Position numbers and translations under genes: made by a program
Notes under the pieces: generated by a model
Told to the model about the DNA's origin: nothing
The model's input: only the letters and a program-made list of their open reading frames with translations
Databases searched by the model: none
In this document: positions 1-10,010 of the stretch, piece by piece
Layout: the number at the start of each line of letters is the position of its first letter
How positions within the stretch are numbered: the stretch's first letter is position 1
Virus record (IMG/VR): IMGVR_UViG_3300036943_000020
Span: 1 to 25,059 of that record
Source of the DNA: a virus
Lineage: Duplodnaviria; Caudoviricetes
Direction: 5' to 3' (one strand)
Length of the DNA: 25,059 nt

Positions 1-2437
1 CCTCAATGTCCTTCAGGATCGGATCTTTAAAGGTACCATTCATCATGCTCCGCCGCATGCTGGCCAAGGCCGGGATCTGCGCCATGAACTGCTTGACTCC
101 CAGGCTGCCCGTCAGCCGGCCAAACTCCGCCGTCTGAGCGAACCCAACTTGGTTCATGCTGGTGAGGGTGGCCGCCCGGCGAAGTCCCCGTAGGAACCGT
201 GCCCCACCACTGGCGGGGTCCTTTTCCAGACTATCACCCTGGACAACCTTCCAGAGCTTCTGCATCTTGGTAACATGCCCCTCGATCTCAGACTGGGTCA
301 TGTCAGTATTTTTTCGATACCATTCGCCAACTTGCTCCACAACATCCATCCAAGAGGACTCATCCTTGAAACCCTTCTTTGCCATCGCAGCACGACCGGC
401 AGCCCGCCGGATGGTGCTGTCCATTTGACGGCCTAAGTCCAGATCCATGATATCAGACAGTACCACGCCATCCAATTCAGCATTTAAGTTCACCTCGATC
501 TGCTGCATGTATTCGTTCAGCAATCGGCTATCTTGGCCATCCACGGACGAGAGGATGTGCTCTAAAGTGTTGGGGTTATCAATTGCCTCAGCCAGGCGCT
601 TCTCCAGGATCTTACGGTCTTTCACCCGGATGTAGCTGGACCGGGCCAGATTGACAGTATCGGGGCGGCGGCTGAACCGCTCATAGACGGCCTTGGCCAT
701 CATCTGTGCCCGCTCCTCCTTGAATGCGTCCGTGAGCTTTGCGCCGAGCTTACCGTATTTGTGAGCCCTTTCAAATTCCTTTGAGGCCAAAATCCCTTTC
801 TTGATCAGACTGATTACGAAGTTTTCACCGCGGCCTCTGGCTAACCGGTTCATCCTGGTTGGGTCCCAGCGGTTGCTGGTGTGGAGCTTATCCGGTTCCA
901 GACCGCCGTAGCCATGAACCCCGGCATCCTGCTGGAGTTTGAACCGCTTAACTTCCAGATCGCCATATACATCAGCCATTCTGGATACCTGCTTGTTTAC
1001 TTTAGAGCCTTCGGGCCGGGTAGCCGGGTACCGCCGATAATGGATCTCTTTGAAGACCTCACGGTCAAACCGATCAGCGGCCCCGGTACTCCAGGGCTTT
1101 CCTTTGAACCCGGTTTCTCGAACCCAGCTCTTCAAGGCAGACAGGCGCTCAGGATGAAACATCGACCGCATCTGCATAGCGTACATGTCGGAGGTCAGGG
1201 CGGCGCTCTGGCTGGCGATCTTCTTCCCGCCCGTACCAGGAGCGAACTCAACCGTCAGCCACGTCAGGAGACGCTCGAACGGGTTCTTGCTGGCCATACC
1301 TTCGGCACCAATGGACTTCAGGGGGCCTGTATAAGTCTTGATCCTGGGGATCTCTGCGTCAATATCGCTGGCCATGTCCTGGGTAATCTTGGGAGTGGGA
1401 ACATCATACTCGGCTACAGATGGGGCAGCAGGAGCAGTATTAGACGCAACTTCAGCAGGATCCGTCCGACGATAGTAACCAGTTTCTTCCAACTTGCGGT
1501 AAGCCGCAACAGCGGCAGCACGATCAGTGTATTCGATAGCGGTATGGTCCACTCCCACGTACCATTTACCAGTAGCAGGATCTCGAACGAGTCGTCCGTC
1601 CAGTTGACCTCGATAAGCTGCACTAACATCAGATGTCCCTTCATAAAGTCTTTTGGTTGCTGCTTCAAGATCAGTGTTGACCGCCCGAGAATATTCTTTG
1701 CCCAAGATTTGCTTGGCCTTGATTGCTTCATCAATGTGGCTGCCCGGCTTCATAAACGCCGTGAGACCGCCGCCAAGAGCCGCTCCAGTACCAAAGGCTA
1801 CCAAAGCACCCACTTTATCTCTGCTCTTGTTGTTGGCGATGATAGCCAGCTCCTGAGCGGTGTTTGACAGGCCGCCGATAGCTGCACCTGCCACAAATCG
1901 TGATGTGGTGGTTTTAAGGGCCATCTTACTAAGCAATGCTGCCTCACCCGCACCCATGATAGCGGTCTCTGGGTTTACAATCATTGCTGCCAGGGCCACC
2001 GCGGTTCCCTTCCCACCCAAGTATTCCGATTCGGTATTGTAATCGATTTGTTCCTGATACCGCTCCCGCAAGCGTTGAAAGTGCCTGGCGTTTGCAGCGT
2101 CCTTCATAGCATCCTTGTACTCTTGTGGCCACTCCTTCGGCAAGGTCTTTAAATCCTCCGCCGGATCATAAGAACCATCGTACTCCTGGCTGAGGTCCAC
2201 AAGCTGGTCATATCCAGCCTTGACAATCGATTCCTGCTTCCAAGTCCGGCCCGCGTGGTTAAGCAGGCCGACGTCATGGTCTTTCGCCCACTGGTTCATT
2301 GTGGTCTCATAGGCGTCTTTGTCAGCTTCTTCCGCTTCAAGGATCGCATGAAATTGATAATGATCTTTCCCTTGCGGATTGCGATCCTCGATAACGGAGG
2401 TCCCCTGCGGGACCCCCAGATGTCGAAGTAAATCCAT
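1..2437 (-). CDS. Large internal virion (ejection) protein, T7 gp16-like position; partial, runs off the left edge
   Basis: ATG at 2437 just after the upstream stop (MDLLRHLGVPQG...). The frame is open where spot-checked (about 1400-1740, and ...MRRSMMNGTFKDPILKDIE at the edge). It is absent from the ORF track, consistent with no stop inside the window. Function is inferred from synteny. Confidence 0.75.
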   Translation of the reverse strand, partial: MDLLRHLGVPQGTSVIEDRNPQGKDHYQFHAILEAEEADKDAYETTMNQWAKDHDVGLLNHAGRTWKQESIVKAGYDQLVDLSQEYDGSYDPAEDLKTLPKEWPQEYKDAMKDAANARHFQRLRERYQEQIDYNTESEYLGGKGTAVALAAMIVNPETAIMGAGEAALLSKMALKTTTSRFVAGAAIGGLSNTAQELAIIANNKSRDKVGALVAFGTGAALGGGLTAFMKPGSHIDEAIKAKQILGKEYSRAVNTDLEAATKRLYEGTSDVSAAYRGQLDGRLVRDPATGKWYVGVDHTAIEYTDRAAAVAAYRKLEETGYYRRTDPAEVASNTAPAAPSVAEYDVPTPKITQDMASDIDAEIPRIKTYTGPLKSIGAEGMASKNPFERLLTWLTVEFAPGTGGKKIASQSAALTSDMYAMQMRSMFHPERLSALKSWVRETGFKGKPWSTGAADRFDREVFKEIHYRRYPATRPEGSKVNKQVSRMADVYGDLEVKRFKLQQDAGVHGYGGLEPDKLHTSNRWDPTRMNRLARGRGENFVISLIKKGILASKEFERAHKYGKLGAKLTDAFKEERAQMMAKAVYERFSRRPDTVNLARSSYIRVKDRKILEKRLAEAIDNPNTLEHILSSVDGQDSRLLNEYMQQIEVNLNAELDGVVLSDIMDLDLGRQMDSTIRRAAGRAAMAKKGFKDESSWMDVVEQVGEWYRKNTDMTQSEIEGHVTKMQKLWKVVQGDSLEKDPASGGARFLRGLRRAATLTSMNQVGFAQTAEFGRLTGSLGVKQFMAQIPALASMRRSMMNGTFKDPILKDIE

Positions 2438-2440
2438 TTA

Positions 2441-5299
2441 TCATCCTTCCCTCATCTGCTGGACGAGAGTCGTGCCCCTTCCATGGACCTGCTGAAACCA
2501 TTTGGAATTCTGCATGGAATCAGCAACCTTCTCGAAATCCCCGGCGTTCAGATACTTGCGCATCGTCTTGAACTTCGAAAGTTTCGATCTGCCAAGATTA
2601 AATGTCATGTCGATAAGCACCTTCCGGCGCTGTTCCGACAGGTCATCCCAGGCCCCAGAGAACAGGGACTTGGCATCCTTGGTGGCTACTTTCAGGTCAT
2701 TCTGGAATAGGATAGCGGCCTCATCTTCCGTCAGTGGTTCTTTGTTTAAATCACGTCTACCACCCAACGCTTTCCACTCATCTTGCGTGATGGGGTTTGC
2801 TTCCAGGTTTCGGCCATAGCCCACTGTTTCAACCCCCACGGAATCCTTGTAGGGAGATCCGCGGAATCCTTCATGCTTCATGATCTGCGTGGCGGTGCCA
2901 CTTGGGGCATCCTTCGGCGCAGCACTTTCTGCATCTGAAGTAATGGGCTGCGCTGGAATGTCGTCTGTGGCCCGCTGAGGCGGCGCTGCTGCGTCGATGT
3001 CCTCCTGGGTGGACCGATAGCCCTCATCCAAGGGCTCGTCCCCCGGAAGAGCTTCTCCGGCACTCATACGATCACCGAACCAATTGAACAGTTTGGTACC
3101 TTTGTCCATCCAGAAGTCGCATGCCGTTACCAGCATCTTGGCGAACCGCTGGGTACCAACACTGAACTCTCTGTGCCAGGCATCATACATTTCGATTTTG
3201 CCGTCCAGGTCTGCCCGTTCGTAATCTTCGATGGTGACAGGTTTTCCATTTACAGTTGCAAAGTTCGCCCCAGGTGTCAGGATCCCGTATTTGTTATACA
3301 GAATCTGCTGAAACATATCAGCCGTCTCTTGCCTGTTCTGAAGGTCCTCATGCTCATCTTCGGCTTTCTGCTCTTTGAGATCTTGGAGCTGTTTGTGTTC
3401 CCAAAGTTCGCCGATCACAGTTGCCGGCACCGGAGGAAGCTCTTCCCCAGTAGTTTTGTCAACAATTGTTACCATCCCCCCAGACAGGGTCGGGGCCAAA
3501 TCGCCAGGGTCCTTACCGAGCTGCTCGGCATAGAATTCCCACCCGCGGTCCATGGTCTTGGCGTCTGTTCCGCTGGGAAATCCAAAAACAGGCCCGCTGC
3601 CTGCGCCGCCGGTAAAATGCAGCTCACCTCCGAACTCGCTGTAGTTTGCTGCGACCTTCCGACCAGCTTGTTCGATGGCAGCCTCTGGGGACCACCCCTT
3701 CAGGATCAGCCTTTCGGCAGCCGCTTGCATGTCGGCCCGAACACCCCCGGTAAACAAGGAGTCTCCAGCCTTTGAAATCAATCCAAAGAACTTCGTAACA
3801 CTTGGATCCGATGTATCGAAGTTGCCAGCGAACACGTCATCGGTTGCTGTTTGCATGGCCTTAAGTTCCTGGGAGGTCAAGTGGGCTTCCAGGCCGTGCT
3901 CCTTGCGCTTCTGTGTTGCTGCGGCGTAGCTGGCGATGGCCGCTGAAAAATCTCCACCATTGAATTTTAGCTCATTGTCCAGGAACTTAAAGGTGTCGTA
4001 GGCATCATCACCCATCTGGCGTTTGAGCTGCTCGTTGCTCATGTGTTTGTTCATTATGGTAGCGATTGTGAAGGACTGCTGGAACTGCTCGTTCTGTGCA
4101 ACAGCCGGGGTCCAGACTTGGCGGCCCAACGCGGAGTTCATGGTCGCCTTGATGGAATTGCTTACCATGTTCTGATCAGCCATCTTCATAACCACTTTGG
4201 TCATGGTCTCCATCGGGTCGTCACCATTGATAGCACCTTCGGCCATGACCTGTTCAATAACCGCATCGTATTGTTTTGGGGTTGCTCCTATGATGGGGGT
4301 GGAGCTGTTGAATTTATTGTAAAAGTCATACAGCATGGCGGAGTTCTGGCGGGATTTATCGCCATCCCGGAGCCAGCTATCGATCTGGGAACGACCGCCA
4401 AGGCGGTCAATAGCTTCCTGGTTGATAATCAGGTCATCCCAATCTTCTTTGGTAAACTGGCCACTCCGGGCCTTTTCCTCGTATGCCTTGTACTGGGTGT
4501 TCCAGTAGTCCGCGGTCTGGTTTTTATCCCACTTGCGAATGAGGTTTTCGGCCACGGCAACTTGCTCAGCCTGGGTGGCATCAACCCCGTAATTTTCGAT
4601 TGCATAATCGAGCATCCGGCGGTCACCATTTCGAGAGCTATTTACAGCAGCAGCCATAATGATATTCCGGCGCTCTGTCGAGGTAAACATGGTTTTGGGG
4701 ATGATAGATTCAATAAGCTCCGCGGTACTTAGATTGAATGCCTCTGGGCTCATGGTTTGCGGCGTCTTTGACAATGCCATCAGGGCATGATTAAACTGTC
4801 CGTTCTTGATTTGCTGCTTGTACTGGGCAGCGTGCATGGCAACAAGTTTAGGCTGGTTGGCTGCCATGAACTTGTTGTAGACCGCAGCATTCACATGAGC
4901 GTATTTGCCGGTATTGTTCTTATCAAAGGTGTCAGTCTGTTCATTGATATATTTCTGAAAGTCATCTGGGTCCATTGTGGACAGCTCCGATGCCGGATCC
5001 TGCAAGTCGTTCTGGATCTTTTCATAAGCTGTCTGCATGAAATTTCGTGTAATGGAGGCAGAATAGAACATATCATTCTGCACCCGTTCTGGATCGATTG
5101 TGTTCCGAACAAGGTCAGCCTGCGCAGCCCGAATGGACTCCTGATCCTCCTTAACCTGCTTGCGCTTCATCTCCTTGAGATGGGTGCTTACCAGTTTGTC
5201 AATAGCGGATGATACCTGCTCTGCACCGACGTTGGTGCTCGGCCTGCTACTGACAAACTGGGCCTTCGGCGCATTCATGTCTAATAGGGTATATGCCAT
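2441..5299 (-). CDS. Internal virion protein with C-terminal T4-type (GH24-like) lysozyme domain
   Basis: 952 aa. The last ~150 aa contain IMKHEGFRGSPYKDSVGVETVGYGRNL (E-x8-D-x5-T triad), LIDMTFNLG and SKWFQQV. Position matches SP6/phiKMV gp36-type proteins. Confidence 0.85.
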   Translation of the reverse strand: MAYTLLDMNAPKAQFVSSRPSTNVGAEQVSSAIDKLVSTHLKEMKRKQVKEDQESIRAAQADLVRNTIDPERVQNDMFYSASITRNFMQTAYEKIQNDLQDPASELSTMDPDDFQKYINEQTDTFDKNNTGKYAHVNAAVYNKFMAANQPKLVAMHAAQYKQQIKNGQFNHALMALSKTPQTMSPEAFNLSTAELIESIIPKTMFTSTERRNIIMAAAVNSSRNGDRRMLDYAIENYGVDATQAEQVAVAENLIRKWDKNQTADYWNTQYKAYEEKARSGQFTKEDWDDLIINQEAIDRLGGRSQIDSWLRDGDKSRQNSAMLYDFYNKFNSSTPIIGATPKQYDAVIEQVMAEGAINGDDPMETMTKVVMKMADQNMVSNSIKATMNSALGRQVWTPAVAQNEQFQQSFTIATIMNKHMSNEQLKRQMGDDAYDTFKFLDNELKFNGGDFSAAIASYAAATQKRKEHGLEAHLTSQELKAMQTATDDVFAGNFDTSDPSVTKFFGLISKAGDSLFTGGVRADMQAAAERLILKGWSPEAAIEQAGRKVAANYSEFGGELHFTGGAGSGPVFGFPSGTDAKTMDRGWEFYAEQLGKDPGDLAPTLSGGMVTIVDKTTGEELPPVPATVIGELWEHKQLQDLKEQKAEDEHEDLQNRQETADMFQQILYNKYGILTPGANFATVNGKPVTIEDYERADLDGKIEMYDAWHREFSVGTQRFAKMLVTACDFWMDKGTKLFNWFGDRMSAGEALPGDEPLDEGYRSTQEDIDAAAPPQRATDDIPAQPITSDAESAAPKDAPSGTATQIMKHEGFRGSPYKDSVGVETVGYGRNLEANPITQDEWKALGGRRDLNKEPLTEDEAAILFQNDLKVATKDAKSLFSGAWDDLSEQRRKVLIDMTFNLGRSKLSKFKTMRKYLNAGDFEKVADSMQNSKWFQQVHGRGTTLVQQMREG
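3457..3473. repeat. 17-bp near-palindromic motif, copy 1 (inside a coding region)
   Basis: TGTCAACAATTGTTACC, identical to 17114-17130 and to the reverse complement of 9121-9137. Confidence 0.75.
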
Positions 5300-5302
5300 T
5301 TG

Positions 5303-5884
5303 TTATCCGTCTCCTGTTGCTGAAGCTTCGCGTGCATCCTTCTGGAATTGGTGATTTGAGTAGATCGAATAAATGTCTGCTGAAAAACCCATCAATGCTC
5401 CGGTCCAAATATCCTTGGTGCTAATGGACGAGGAGATATCGATTGGACCAGCAATCAAATCAGACACAGCTTTGGTGTGGGCTGCATTTCTCTGGTCGAT
5501 CAGGGCATCCTGTTTAGCATCAACGTCAGCCTTTAGCTTGCCCATCTGGCGGTCCACGGCTCCGGTGATCTTCTGCTCTCTGGCTAACTGGACACGTTGG
5601 CCATATGCCCCTGTCCTGGCGGCCTCGACCTTGGCCTCACCCATGGCTGCATGGGCCTCGGTCTTCACCTGAAACTCAACAGCCCTGGCCTGCTCCGTTA
5701 TTTCGGTTCTGGTTTTCTGGGCACTGTTCATTGTAGTGGTGAGTGACAGACCGGTCAGGGTTTCATTAATTTTGGTTTGTGCTGCATTGATCTCGGAAGC
5801 GGCTTCTGCCTGATACATAGCCGTGTAAGAGTTTGCGATATTCGATGCAGCAGATGAAAACATAGACAGAATCATTCCGTACAT
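5303..5884 (-). CDS. Internal virion protein (T7 gp14-like position)
   Basis: 193 aa, Ala/Gln-rich and helical, directly after tail tubular protein B. Called by synteny. Confidence 0.7.
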   Translation of the reverse strand: MYGMILSMFSSAASNIANSYTAMYQAEAASEINAAQTKINETLTGLSLTTTMNSAQKTRTEITEQARAVEFQVKTEAHAAMGEAKVEAARTGAYGQRVQLAREQKITGAVDRQMGKLKADVDAKQDALIDQRNAAHTKAVSDLIAGPIDISSSISTKDIWTGALMGFSADIYSIYSNHQFQKDAREASATGDG

Positions 5885-5885
5885 T

Positions 5886-8540
5886 TTATGTTCTCCTACC
5901 GTGTGAGTGCATGTTTACGTGGAACGTAGCCCCGTCAAATCCGAAGCCATATAAAGAATCTGACCAGATCGTGACATCGTACAAATCACGCATGTTGCAG
6001 ATGGCCACCTGATCTGTTCCCGAAAAGTGGTTGACAGCGCCTATCTGACATCGCCAGTCATTAACAAATTGTCCATTGAAGACGTGTGTGTATCCGTCAC
6101 CAGACTCGTTCCCCACCTGGGCTTCCCAATACACCGCGTTATTCATATCAAGGGTCACCTTTTCGACCTGGGCATCTTCTGTGTACGGGCGGCCTTGGCT
6201 GTCCTTAACATACGGCTTCGATAATGTGAAGTAGCTCGGGAATTTACAACCGACTGTCACACTGAAGCTTGTACTCTCATAGGCGCTGGGGACATTAAAC
6301 ATCAGGTATTCTCCGGCAGCGAAACCAGCTGGGTCAGTGATCTGCTGATAGTCTGTGATCTCTACCCCATTTGGCACAGTGTCGGTATCAGAAGAGCTTG
6401 TAATCACAACAGAATCAAACCATTGCTCTCGATTGCTGCCGGTTGTAGGATCCTTACCCACCAACTTGTAGTAGTCAAGTTCCACGTACCCATTGTACCA
6501 GTTCCCGCCATACTCGAATTCACCAAGAGTAACCTGATCTGAAGTCTCATATTGGTAATCCAGGAAGATTTCAGGATCATCAACAGTGGATTCGAGCAGA
6601 TTCAGGTCCATGGAGATCAGACGTGGAAAATAGAACGGTGGGAACCTGGGAATGCCTTGTTGTTGATAGTCTTCCCGATCTTGCCGGGCATCAAACCGGG
6701 CAATGGCAATCAACTTATCACCAACAACAAACACGTCGGAGACGGTCGGGTGTTCAGTGTAATCCAGGCTTGTGTACCAACCGCCATAGTCCTCCATCTG
6801 AGCAATGTCCCACTTGTGCCAAGCAAGCTGGACACGTTTTCCGTCCTTTTCATACGTTTGCAGAACATAAATGAATCCGCCGCTTGCCATGAAGAACAGA
6901 CCCTTGGATGGATGGACAGCGATTTTCTCGATGCCATCAACCTCTTCATTCGATGTAGTGTCGGGATAGATACGGCCATCACCGGGGATGTAGCCGCCGA
7001 TGTGGGCGGTGATTTCTTGCACCTGCGGTAGGCTGGTCAAAGGGTCCTTCTTGTACTCCCAAACAGCCACCTTGCGGTCCTCCAAAGAAGGAAACAGCAG
7101 GCTATTCCCCATTACGACAGGGGCCACAGCGGGGTTAGTGGGGAACTTGGTATTTGATGAAACAGCAAACGTTGACGGCTTTACCGTCTCCTCTCCCGGA
7201 TGCAGGAACTGTGCAGTGTTGCTAAGGATGAACAGATCTTTATTAAACACCACCCCATGCCTCAGCTCTGTGATCTGATTATCACTACTGGAAGAGTCAA
7301 TGGGGTCATCATCGCTGGCTTCCGCTGCGGATTCAGCAAACCATTGATAATAGTCAAATGCACGACTGGCGCATGCGTTCTCACCGGACAGAAACCACAT
7401 GCGATTCTGGTAGGTGAATAGATCAGTGATCGTTCGTCCAACAAAACTTGGAAATGGGTTAGTAGTGTCATCACCGGCTTCCCGAAGGCCCCAATCGGCT
7501 ACAACGCAGACAAAATACGGGACCCCGTCAAGCCAGTGGCGCTCAATAATATGGGGCAGAGTGTAGGGAAAAATGCCGGTAACGCTCCCCGGCTCTGCAC
7601 ATTCCTGCCAGTACCCGTGAGGCGTGAGGTAGGTCTTCCACTGGTCACCCATATCCGATACGAATTCAACCCAGAAGTCGTCATAGTCGGACTTGCCAAG
7701 GCCCTTGACTTTACACTTGAAGCCATGCGGGGCGGAGGGCGGCAGGTCTTCATAGCTATCAACCTGATCACGAATCAGCACCATGTCCTCGTTATTCCCG
7801 GAGTCCTCACATTTCCATAAAGCTGGATCGCTGGTATCATACTCAATCCAGAGCACATTATTCAGTGGTCCAGCGACATACCCGAACGTGCCGATCTGGG
7901 CTGCAAGTGCCGTGGCCAAATCTGATGTGCTGAGGTTCAACTGTTTGTGCGTGGTCGAGGTGTCTATCGTCACTGTTGCTGGATTCGTAACCGATGCAGC
8001 GATGCTATTGCCAAGGCTAATGTTATACTGCTTGCCATACAAACTATTCTTTACCCAGATCAGGATACTTTCATGCCCAGCGGCCGCTGTCCCAACGTTT
8101 TGGGTAACCTCAACCTCTTTGTTCAAAACAAATGTGGTGTCACCGATGGTGTAAAACTTTAGTCTGGTACGGATTCCAGATGTCCCGACACCAACATATG
8201 TCGCGGGACCTGGGTCCATGGGCTGGGTGCTCACCGGCTGCCCTGTGTAGGCATTAAATACCTGCCACTCGGCACCATTGCTAATGATGATGATATACGC
8301 CTCTTCCCCGTCCCCACGCTCATACATGTGACAGGTATAATAAGGCACTTTCTCGATGTCCTCATTATATTGAAGCAAGCACTCATCCATCAACTTGAAG
8401 GCGGGGCGACGGCGTAGGCCCTGGATGATATCTGAAATGCAATTAACCTGCTCGGTCATCTGTCCTACGCTTCGCCGCTGCTGAGGCTGTTTGGAAACCC
8501 CCTGAAGCAGATTATCGAATCTCGGGCTATACAAAGCCAT
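5886..8540 (-). CDS. Tail tubular protein B / nozzle (T7 gp12-like)
   Basis: 884 aa. N-terminal NLLQGVSKQP...GLRRRP; also NPFPSFVG, YQNRMWFLSGE, DDDPID and QLAWHKW motifs typical of this family. Confidence 0.92.
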   Translation of the reverse strand: MALYSPRFDNLLQGVSKQPQQRRSVGQMTEQVNCISDIIQGLRRRPAFKLMDECLLQYNEDIEKVPYYTCHMYERGDGEEAYIIIISNGAEWQVFNAYTGQPVSTQPMDPGPATYVGVGTSGIRTRLKFYTIGDTTFVLNKEVEVTQNVGTAAAGHESILIWVKNSLYGKQYNISLGNSIAASVTNPATVTIDTSTTHKQLNLSTSDLATALAAQIGTFGYVAGPLNNVLWIEYDTSDPALWKCEDSGNNEDMVLIRDQVDSYEDLPPSAPHGFKCKVKGLGKSDYDDFWVEFVSDMGDQWKTYLTPHGYWQECAEPGSVTGIFPYTLPHIIERHWLDGVPYFVCVVADWGLREAGDDTTNPFPSFVGRTITDLFTYQNRMWFLSGENACASRAFDYYQWFAESAAEASDDDPIDSSSSDNQITELRHGVVFNKDLFILSNTAQFLHPGEETVKPSTFAVSSNTKFPTNPAVAPVVMGNSLLFPSLEDRKVAVWEYKKDPLTSLPQVQEITAHIGGYIPGDGRIYPDTTSNEEVDGIEKIAVHPSKGLFFMASGGFIYVLQTYEKDGKRVQLAWHKWDIAQMEDYGGWYTSLDYTEHPTVSDVFVVGDKLIAIARFDARQDREDYQQQGIPRFPPFYFPRLISMDLNLLESTVDDPEIFLDYQYETSDQVTLGEFEYGGNWYNGYVELDYYKLVGKDPTTGSNREQWFDSVVITSSSDTDTVPNGVEITDYQQITDPAGFAAGEYLMFNVPSAYESTSFSVTVGCKFPSYFTLSKPYVKDSQGRPYTEDAQVEKVTLDMNNAVYWEAQVGNESGDGYTHVFNGQFVNDWRCQIGAVNHFSGTDQVAICNMRDLYDVTIWSDSLYGFGFDGATFHVNMHSHGRRT

Positions 8541-8549
8541 ACACCCTCC

Positions 8550-9107
8550 TTATCTGACCAGCATCTTGGCTTTCCATTTTGCCATAAGGGGCATGGTCGT
8601 TGTAGAAATGTCTTTATGTCGTAAATCAGCAGCCTGTAGGTGGGAAAAAGTTCTTGAAGCGTCCTTCTCGGCCTGCGTTGTTTTCAACTGATCATTCATG
8701 TGACGAATAAACTCCTCTTTTGCCATGGCCTCAATATAATTGAACGCCAGGGTAGGAAGCTCTTCCCAATCCCGATTAAAGATCAGAGTGACCTCATCAG
8801 GAGCCTCTATGAAAATATTAGTCCCCTCTTCCGGGTCGTACAAGCAACCACCCATAATTATGTAATCACAATCATCTAAGTCGATTACTGTGGTAGGAAC
8901 AGGAACTTTGCCGGTGGACGTATCGATTGCCAGTTGGTACTCTGTCTCTGTATTAAACCACCAGCGGTGGGCGCAGATATTCTCTTTGTGTCGCTCTAAT
9001 AATCTCGTAGCAATAGCGTGGGCCGGGTGGCCCGATACTACTTGATTTACCGGGGCCAATCCCCGAGCCATGAGCAGGGTATTGATGCCGTCTAATAACG
9101 TAGCCAT
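8550..9107 (-). CDS. Tail tubular protein A / adaptor (T7 gp11-like)
   Basis: Start re-called at ATG 9107 (MATLLDGINTLLMARGLAPV) behind a GAGG RBS; 185 aa. Contains WWFNTE and DWEELP motifs and follows the capsid terminator. Confidence 0.88.
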   Translation of the reverse strand: MATLLDGINTLLMARGLAPVNQVVSGHPAHAIATRLLERHKENICAHRWWFNTETEYQLAIDTSTGKVPVPTTVIDLDDCDYIIMGGCLYDPEEGTNIFIEAPDEVTLIFNRDWEELPTLAFNYIEAMAKEEFIRHMNDQLKTTQAEKDASRTFSHLQAADLRHKDISTTTMPLMAKWKAKMLVR

Positions 9108-9120
9108 AGGCCATCCTCTT

Positions 9121-9137
9121 GGTAACAATTGTTGACA
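9121..9137. repeat. 17-bp motif, copy 2 (between the terminator and the tail tube A RBS)
   Basis: GGTAACAATTGTTGACA, the exact reverse complement of copy 1. Confidence 0.8.
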
Positions 9138-9174
9138 AAAATAGGCGGCAGCAGCACTAAGGCCACTGCCGCCC
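9137..9174 (-). terminator. Intrinsic terminator after the major capsid gene (T-phi-like)
   Basis: Minus strand reads GGCGGCAG-TGGCCTTAGTGCTG-CTGCCGCC-TATTTTT: a GC-rich stem followed by a U-tract, in the usual post-capsid position. Confidence 0.8.
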
Positions 9175-9276
9175 GATCTGGCGATAATTAGGTTTGAGTG
9201 GCTGGTTACTCCTTTTACCCAGGATTGTGCCATCTGCACAGATTGTGTAACCAGCCTTCTCAAAGGTTTCAACCAT
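9157..9276 (-). pseudogene. 39-aa ORF resembling the N-terminus of an HNH homing endonuclease (probable remnant)
   Basis: TAATG overlap with the capsid stop. Sequence MVETFEKAGYTICADGTILGKRSNQPLKPNYRQIGRQWP aligns by eye with YSVTEDGRVYSFNSNQYLTP of the intron HNH. Confidence 0.45.
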
Positions 9277-10010
9277 TAAGCCCGATACTTTCTCAACACG
9301 GCAGTTTTATCGGGGCGGTCGGGGGCGGCACCGAAAGCAAGGTAGCTGTCGATGAACCAGCACAGCAGACGCTTATCCCAATAGACGTCGGAGGTCAGCG
9401 GAATAGACTGCGCGACCATGATGCTTTCGCCCATGCAGAACAGAGCCACGACATCAGACTCCTCATCCGAACAGGTATAGTTCGCGCCCATGAGATAGGC
9501 GTTCTTACTGCTGTCGGAACCATCATCAGCGGCCTGGGTCAGACGCATGGTCATAACCAAGGGCATACCGGCGGCCACAGACAGGGCGGCCTGGGCGTAG
9601 TTGCCGTTTTCCTTAGAGAAGTTGGCGTCAACCAGCTTGTCATTCTTCAGCAAGGTAAAGTACTGGGCCGGCGCGATGTAGCAACGGCCGTCCATCAGAT
9701 CCACTTCCTGCTCGGCCAGACCCTGGGCCAGACCGGTAATACCGGTTTCCAGCTTGGTGGCATCCAGCTCATCGGTGGCCGCGGCCAGCTCATTATTCAC
9801 GCCGCCAGGCATGTCGGAAACCTCACCGGCACCGGTAGCTTTCATACCGGACTTGACGGCCATGAGCAGCAGGATCTGATCTTTTGCCTTGGCAATCTTC
9901 CGGGCGAAGTTCAACGGGGTGCGGGACTTGACGTCAAGGCGATCCTGAACCTGCGCCAACATGGCCACGGTAACACGGGCCAGAATCGGCTGCTTGACTT
10001 GTACGATTTG
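9276..10010 (-). CDS. Major capsid protein, exon 2 (244 aa; spliced product 331 aa)
   Basis: QIVQVKQPILAR...IAPAQYFTLL...WFIDSYLAFGAAPDRPD is a T7-like capsid C-terminal part. It joins exon 1 in frame when 10011-10823 is removed. Confidence 0.9.
   Translation of the reverse strand, partial: QIVQVKQPILARVTVAMLAQVQDRLDVKSRTPLNFARKIAKAKDQILLLMAVKSGMKATGAGEVSDMPGGVNNELAAATDELDATKLETGITGLAQGLAEQEVDLMDGRCYIAPAQYFTLLKNDKLVDANFSKENGNYAQAALSVAAGMPLVMTMRLTQAADDGSDSSKNAYLMGANYTCSDEESDVVALFCMGESIMVAQSIPLTSDVYWDKRLLCWFIDSYLAFGAAPDRPDKTAVLRKYRA

Noticed and set aside
881-1867. 328-aa plus-strand ORF
   Set aside because: Antisense shadow of the large internal virion gene; no recognisable motif, and all supported genes are on the minus strand.
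9108-9272. Extended N-terminus of tail tubular protein A in the ORF track
   Set aside because: It runs through the terminator; the ATG at 9107 has an RBS and a family-typical start.
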